NCBI GenBank assembly: GCA_022813965.1
Contig: JALDZS010000022.1
Span: 124,001-188,000, forward strand
Length of the DNA stretch: 64,000 nucleotides
Direction: 5' to 3'
Source: Toensbergia leucococca
Taxonomy: Eukaryota
The notes beneath the pieces were generated by a model, which had not been told where the DNA came from, did not search any database, and saw only the letters and a program-made list of their open reading frames with translations. Shown here one piece after another: positions 60,535 through 64,000 of the stretch (position 1 is the first letter of the stretch; the number at the start of each line of letters is the position of its first letter). The position numbers and the translations under genes are program-made.

Positions 60535-63042
60535 ATGACCATCAATTCCACCAGATTTCTCGAACCGGTAACCCTGACCAGTCCTGCTAATAGCAAGATC
60601 ACTCCAAAGCACCCTCAGCGCATCTGGCAAGCTATCGAACCTCCTTTCAAAGGGTATCAACCACCTCCATCCGAAGGCTACCAGCATACATCTGCTTCTA
60701 CTGCGATAGTCATTGACAATGGTGCGTTTAAGATCTAGTGTACTTTTCACTGCTAATTCGGTCATCAGGAGCCAGTCTGGTTCGAGCTGGCTGGTCGTTC
60801 GACAACACCCCTCGATTGTCATTTCCAGCCAATGTCGCCCGATACAGAGATCGCAAACTCAACAGGACATGCACATATGTAGGCTATGATGCTTATGCCG
60901 ATGCAACAACCCGGGGGCAGATCAGGAACGCTTTTGAGCCCGGGAGCAGTGTTGTGAGCAACTGGGATGTCATGGAAAACGTGCTGGACCACACCTTCCT
61001 AAAGCTTGGGATAGATGGAGCAGACGGGGGTATAGGAAGGCCAGTGCTAATGACTGAACCCATCGCTAATCTAAGCTATTCAAGAAAAAGTATCATCCCT
61101 CCGTCGTGTACCAGACACAAGGCCCAGCTGATTTCATGCAGCTATGACTGAACTTCTTTTCGAGTGTTACTCTGCCCCGTCACTTGCTTATGGAATTGAC
61201 TCCTTGTTCTCGTTCAAATTCAACAAAGGGCATACTGGCCTTGTCCTCTCGTCATCGCACACATCTACTCATCTCATACCTGTAATAAATTCAAAACCTA
61301 GCATGTCTAGTGTAGCACGCCTCAATTGGGGAGGTTCTCAAGGAGCAGACTATCTTTTGAAGCTGCTTAAATTGAAGTACCCCACGTTCCCTGGGAAATT
61401 CAACGAACTACAAGCCGAAGATATGATCCATGAACACTGCTATGTCTCGCAGAACTACGACATGGAAATGAATAGCTATCTGGACTGGTCAGGTTTAGAA
61501 GCTCGAGACCATGTAGTACAGTACCCCTTCACTGAGCATACCATCATCGAGAAGAGCGAAGATGAATTGGCACGAATCGCAGAACGAAAGAAGGAAAGTG
61601 GTCGGAGGCTACAAGAACAAGCAGCCAAGATGCGGTTGGAGAAATTGGTGCGGAAAGAACAAGAGCTAGAATACTATAAAGATCTCCAGCAGAGGCTCGT
61701 TGCACAATCGAAGAAGGAAGTGAAACGATTACTGGATGAAGATGAATTCAAGGACGAAGCTCAGCTAGATAAGACCATCAGGGAGCTTGAGAAATCAGTG
61801 CGTAAAGCGAGGAGTAAAGATGTCGGTGGCCCGGATAATGCTGAAGAGGAAGAACCAGCGTCGTTTCCTTTACTTGTTATTCCAGATGAAAATCTTGATG
61901 AGGCGGGCCTGAAGCAGAAGAGACACCAGCGCTTAATGAAATCGAACGTAGATGCCCGTGCAAGGGCTAAGCTTGAGAAGGAACAACAAGAGGCTCGAAG
62001 AGCGGAGGAAGAAAGGTTAGATGAGGATCGACGGGAGCACGACCTTGCGGGATGGCTTGAAGAGCGAAGAGTAGCCAGAACAGTAAGCATTCAATCCATG
62101 GGCTACTCTCGCACGTACAGCTTGGACATGCTAATGGCTACCCAAAAGGCTCTTCTTCAACGGATGAAGGATCGTGATCGAATGAAGGCTGATCTTGGCA
62201 ACCGAAAGTCACTTGCAAGTCAGATTCGAATGAAGACACTTGCCAGTCTAGCTTCTGATGTGCCGGGAAGGAAACGTCGGCGCGGTGGCGATGATGATAA
62301 TTTTGGGGCCAACGATGAAGACTGGGGCGTCTATCGGACCGTTGCAACGGGAGAGCAGAGCGAAGACGACGAAGAAGAAGATCTTAGCGTGGGGCTGAGA
62401 AATTTAGAAGCGCAGCTACTCAAATACGATCCAACGTTTAGTGAGAGTAACACTATGGAGGCGCAATCGGATTGGACCAAGAGCCTTGTTCATGCTTTTT
62501 TGCGGGGCCCTCGGTCATTCAACATGGATAGCCAGCAGGAGATACATCAGGTCCATCTAAACGTGGAGAGAATACGTGTCCCAGAAGTTATATTCCAACC
62601 AGCCATTGCTGGCTTGGATCAGGCAGGAGTTATTGAAATCGCTGCAGATATCATCAATCAAAGGCTCGGAAACGTAACGGACCGCAATTACATCTTGGGA
62701 GACGTATTCTTGACGGGAGGAAATACTTTGTTCGACGGATTTGAGACCCGACTAGGTAAAGAATTACGTAAAGTGCTCCCCATCGACGCTTCAATCTCTA
62801 TCCGCCATGCTAGCGATGCCTTACTGGATGCTTGGAGAGGTGCGGCTCAATTCTCGAGGGAGGCCAGCTTTGGGACCGCTTTGATGACAAGAGAGGAGTA
62901 CCTCGATAGGGGTTTAGAACACATCAAGGTATGTACCTATGGAGTTGGTGACCGACAGATAAATCTTCGCGCAAGCTTTGCTCTCAAGAATCCTAACGAA
63001 CAGAAACAGGAACATAACTTCAGCAATGGAAATATCATTTGA
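60535..63042 (+). CDS. ARP5: Actin-related protein Arp5 (INO80 complex); introns ~60722-60768, 61070-61142, 62083-62148, 62929-63009
   Basis: IVIDNG..RAGW, VLMTEP, ELLFECY..YGIDSLFS, long charged insertion (KKESGRRLQEQAAKMR), DDNFGANDEDWGVY, HLNVERIRVPEVIFQP. Confidence 0.93.
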
Positions 63043-64000
63043 TGGATCTCGAGATTACATCTGCTGGATGAGAATGAAAGCACAGTGGGAAGATCTCGTG
63101 TATGCTGGGATATCAAGATAACGATCATGTGGCCCGGATGGTAAGGTACCGGAGCGTTATATCTTATACGGTACGGAGTACGTCGCTCATCCTCTTCTCT
63201 CCTTCGCCCTTGGAGACTCAGTGTTCTGATGTTTACACAGTGTGACCACCTCCAATAAAACCATCATGGAAAGAAGTGCGAATAAAGGACTTCCTAGGTT
63301 ACGTCGCGCTACCAAAACAGTACCGTCTTTCCATATTTGTGAAAGTGGAAAGTCGAGCCCATCACTCCACACGGCCTATCGTGACGTAGATAGGAAATCA
63401 ACTACCTTACTATGCTCAATCAGATCAACATCCTACTCTTCAATTCTCCATGGTGACTCAGGAATCATTTGTCACTAATGGATTTTGGTAGTAGCTAGAG
63501 CGAACCTGATATCAGTTGTTAATGGGGAACATCTTGCATGGAGAACTTGATAATATTACGTCTCATGATGAACTAATCTCTATTCTTCTTTCAGTTAATG
63601 ATTGCCTCTACGATGTGAGGACTGCTCGTTTTCAGGGGAGTACACTAATTCCGAACCATTTCTAGAAAGATATCAGATACTCAAGAAGCCATGAGAGCCT
63701 GATAATAATAAAACAAGATCAACGCCTTGAACCAAATCCCAAGCGTCCAAACCTCTCTCTGACGCCTTTTTGACATGCATGAATATTTATACAGACATCC
63801 CTAAATCTCACCATTTCGTTCGCCAAGAGACATGATCAACTCCTATGACTTCAGAGGAATTCCTTCATCAATGATATCACCGATCAAATAACGCCAGTTC
63901 ACACGTTAGTGTATTACCCTCGGAAATTTCAAGCAACAACAGATGCACCATTTGAACCGGCGCTCGAGACAGCTAGTTGCGGGTCGGTGGTGGAACGCAT

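Noticed and set aside
63929..64000. Possible 3' end of a minus-strand gene at the window edge
   Set aside because: Only ~23 open codons visible, no identifiable motif

Overview
Gene-dense 64 kb of an intron-containing filamentous ascomycete (Pezizomycotina) nuclear genome; the lineage is inferred from gene content and short GT-AG introns with CTRAC-like branch sites. It holds about 25 protein genes. Housekeeping or recognisable genes: PPR protein, CrgA-like RING/LON protein, TORC2 Rictor/Avo3, Arp8, Paf1, Rib7, RCC1, Brl1/Brr6, Atl1, Bud13, anoctamin/Ist2, metallophosphoesterase, flavocytochrome b2, a Rab, Ykt6, Slh1/ASCC3, profilin, Got1, Ies6 and Arp5. There are also several hypothetical genes. 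Two related ~620-655 bp non-autonomous foldback elements with long TIRs sit at 39.7 kb and 56.6 kb, the second with a perfect 8-bp TSD. Most notable: (1) a riboflavin-pathway Rib7 reductase fused in one intronless ORF to a C-x32-C-x26-H-x-H domain resembling WRKY/GCM1/FAR1 Mutator-transposase DNA-binding domains; (2) head-to-head IES6-ARP5 genes, the two partners of one INO80 module, with ARP8 in the same window; (3) a hidden terminal exon giving the RING-LON protein a CaaX box; (4) a presequence-less cytochrome b2 ending in a PTS1. No rRNA, tRNA or CRISPR was recognised. Exon boundaries were read by eye and no database searches were run.
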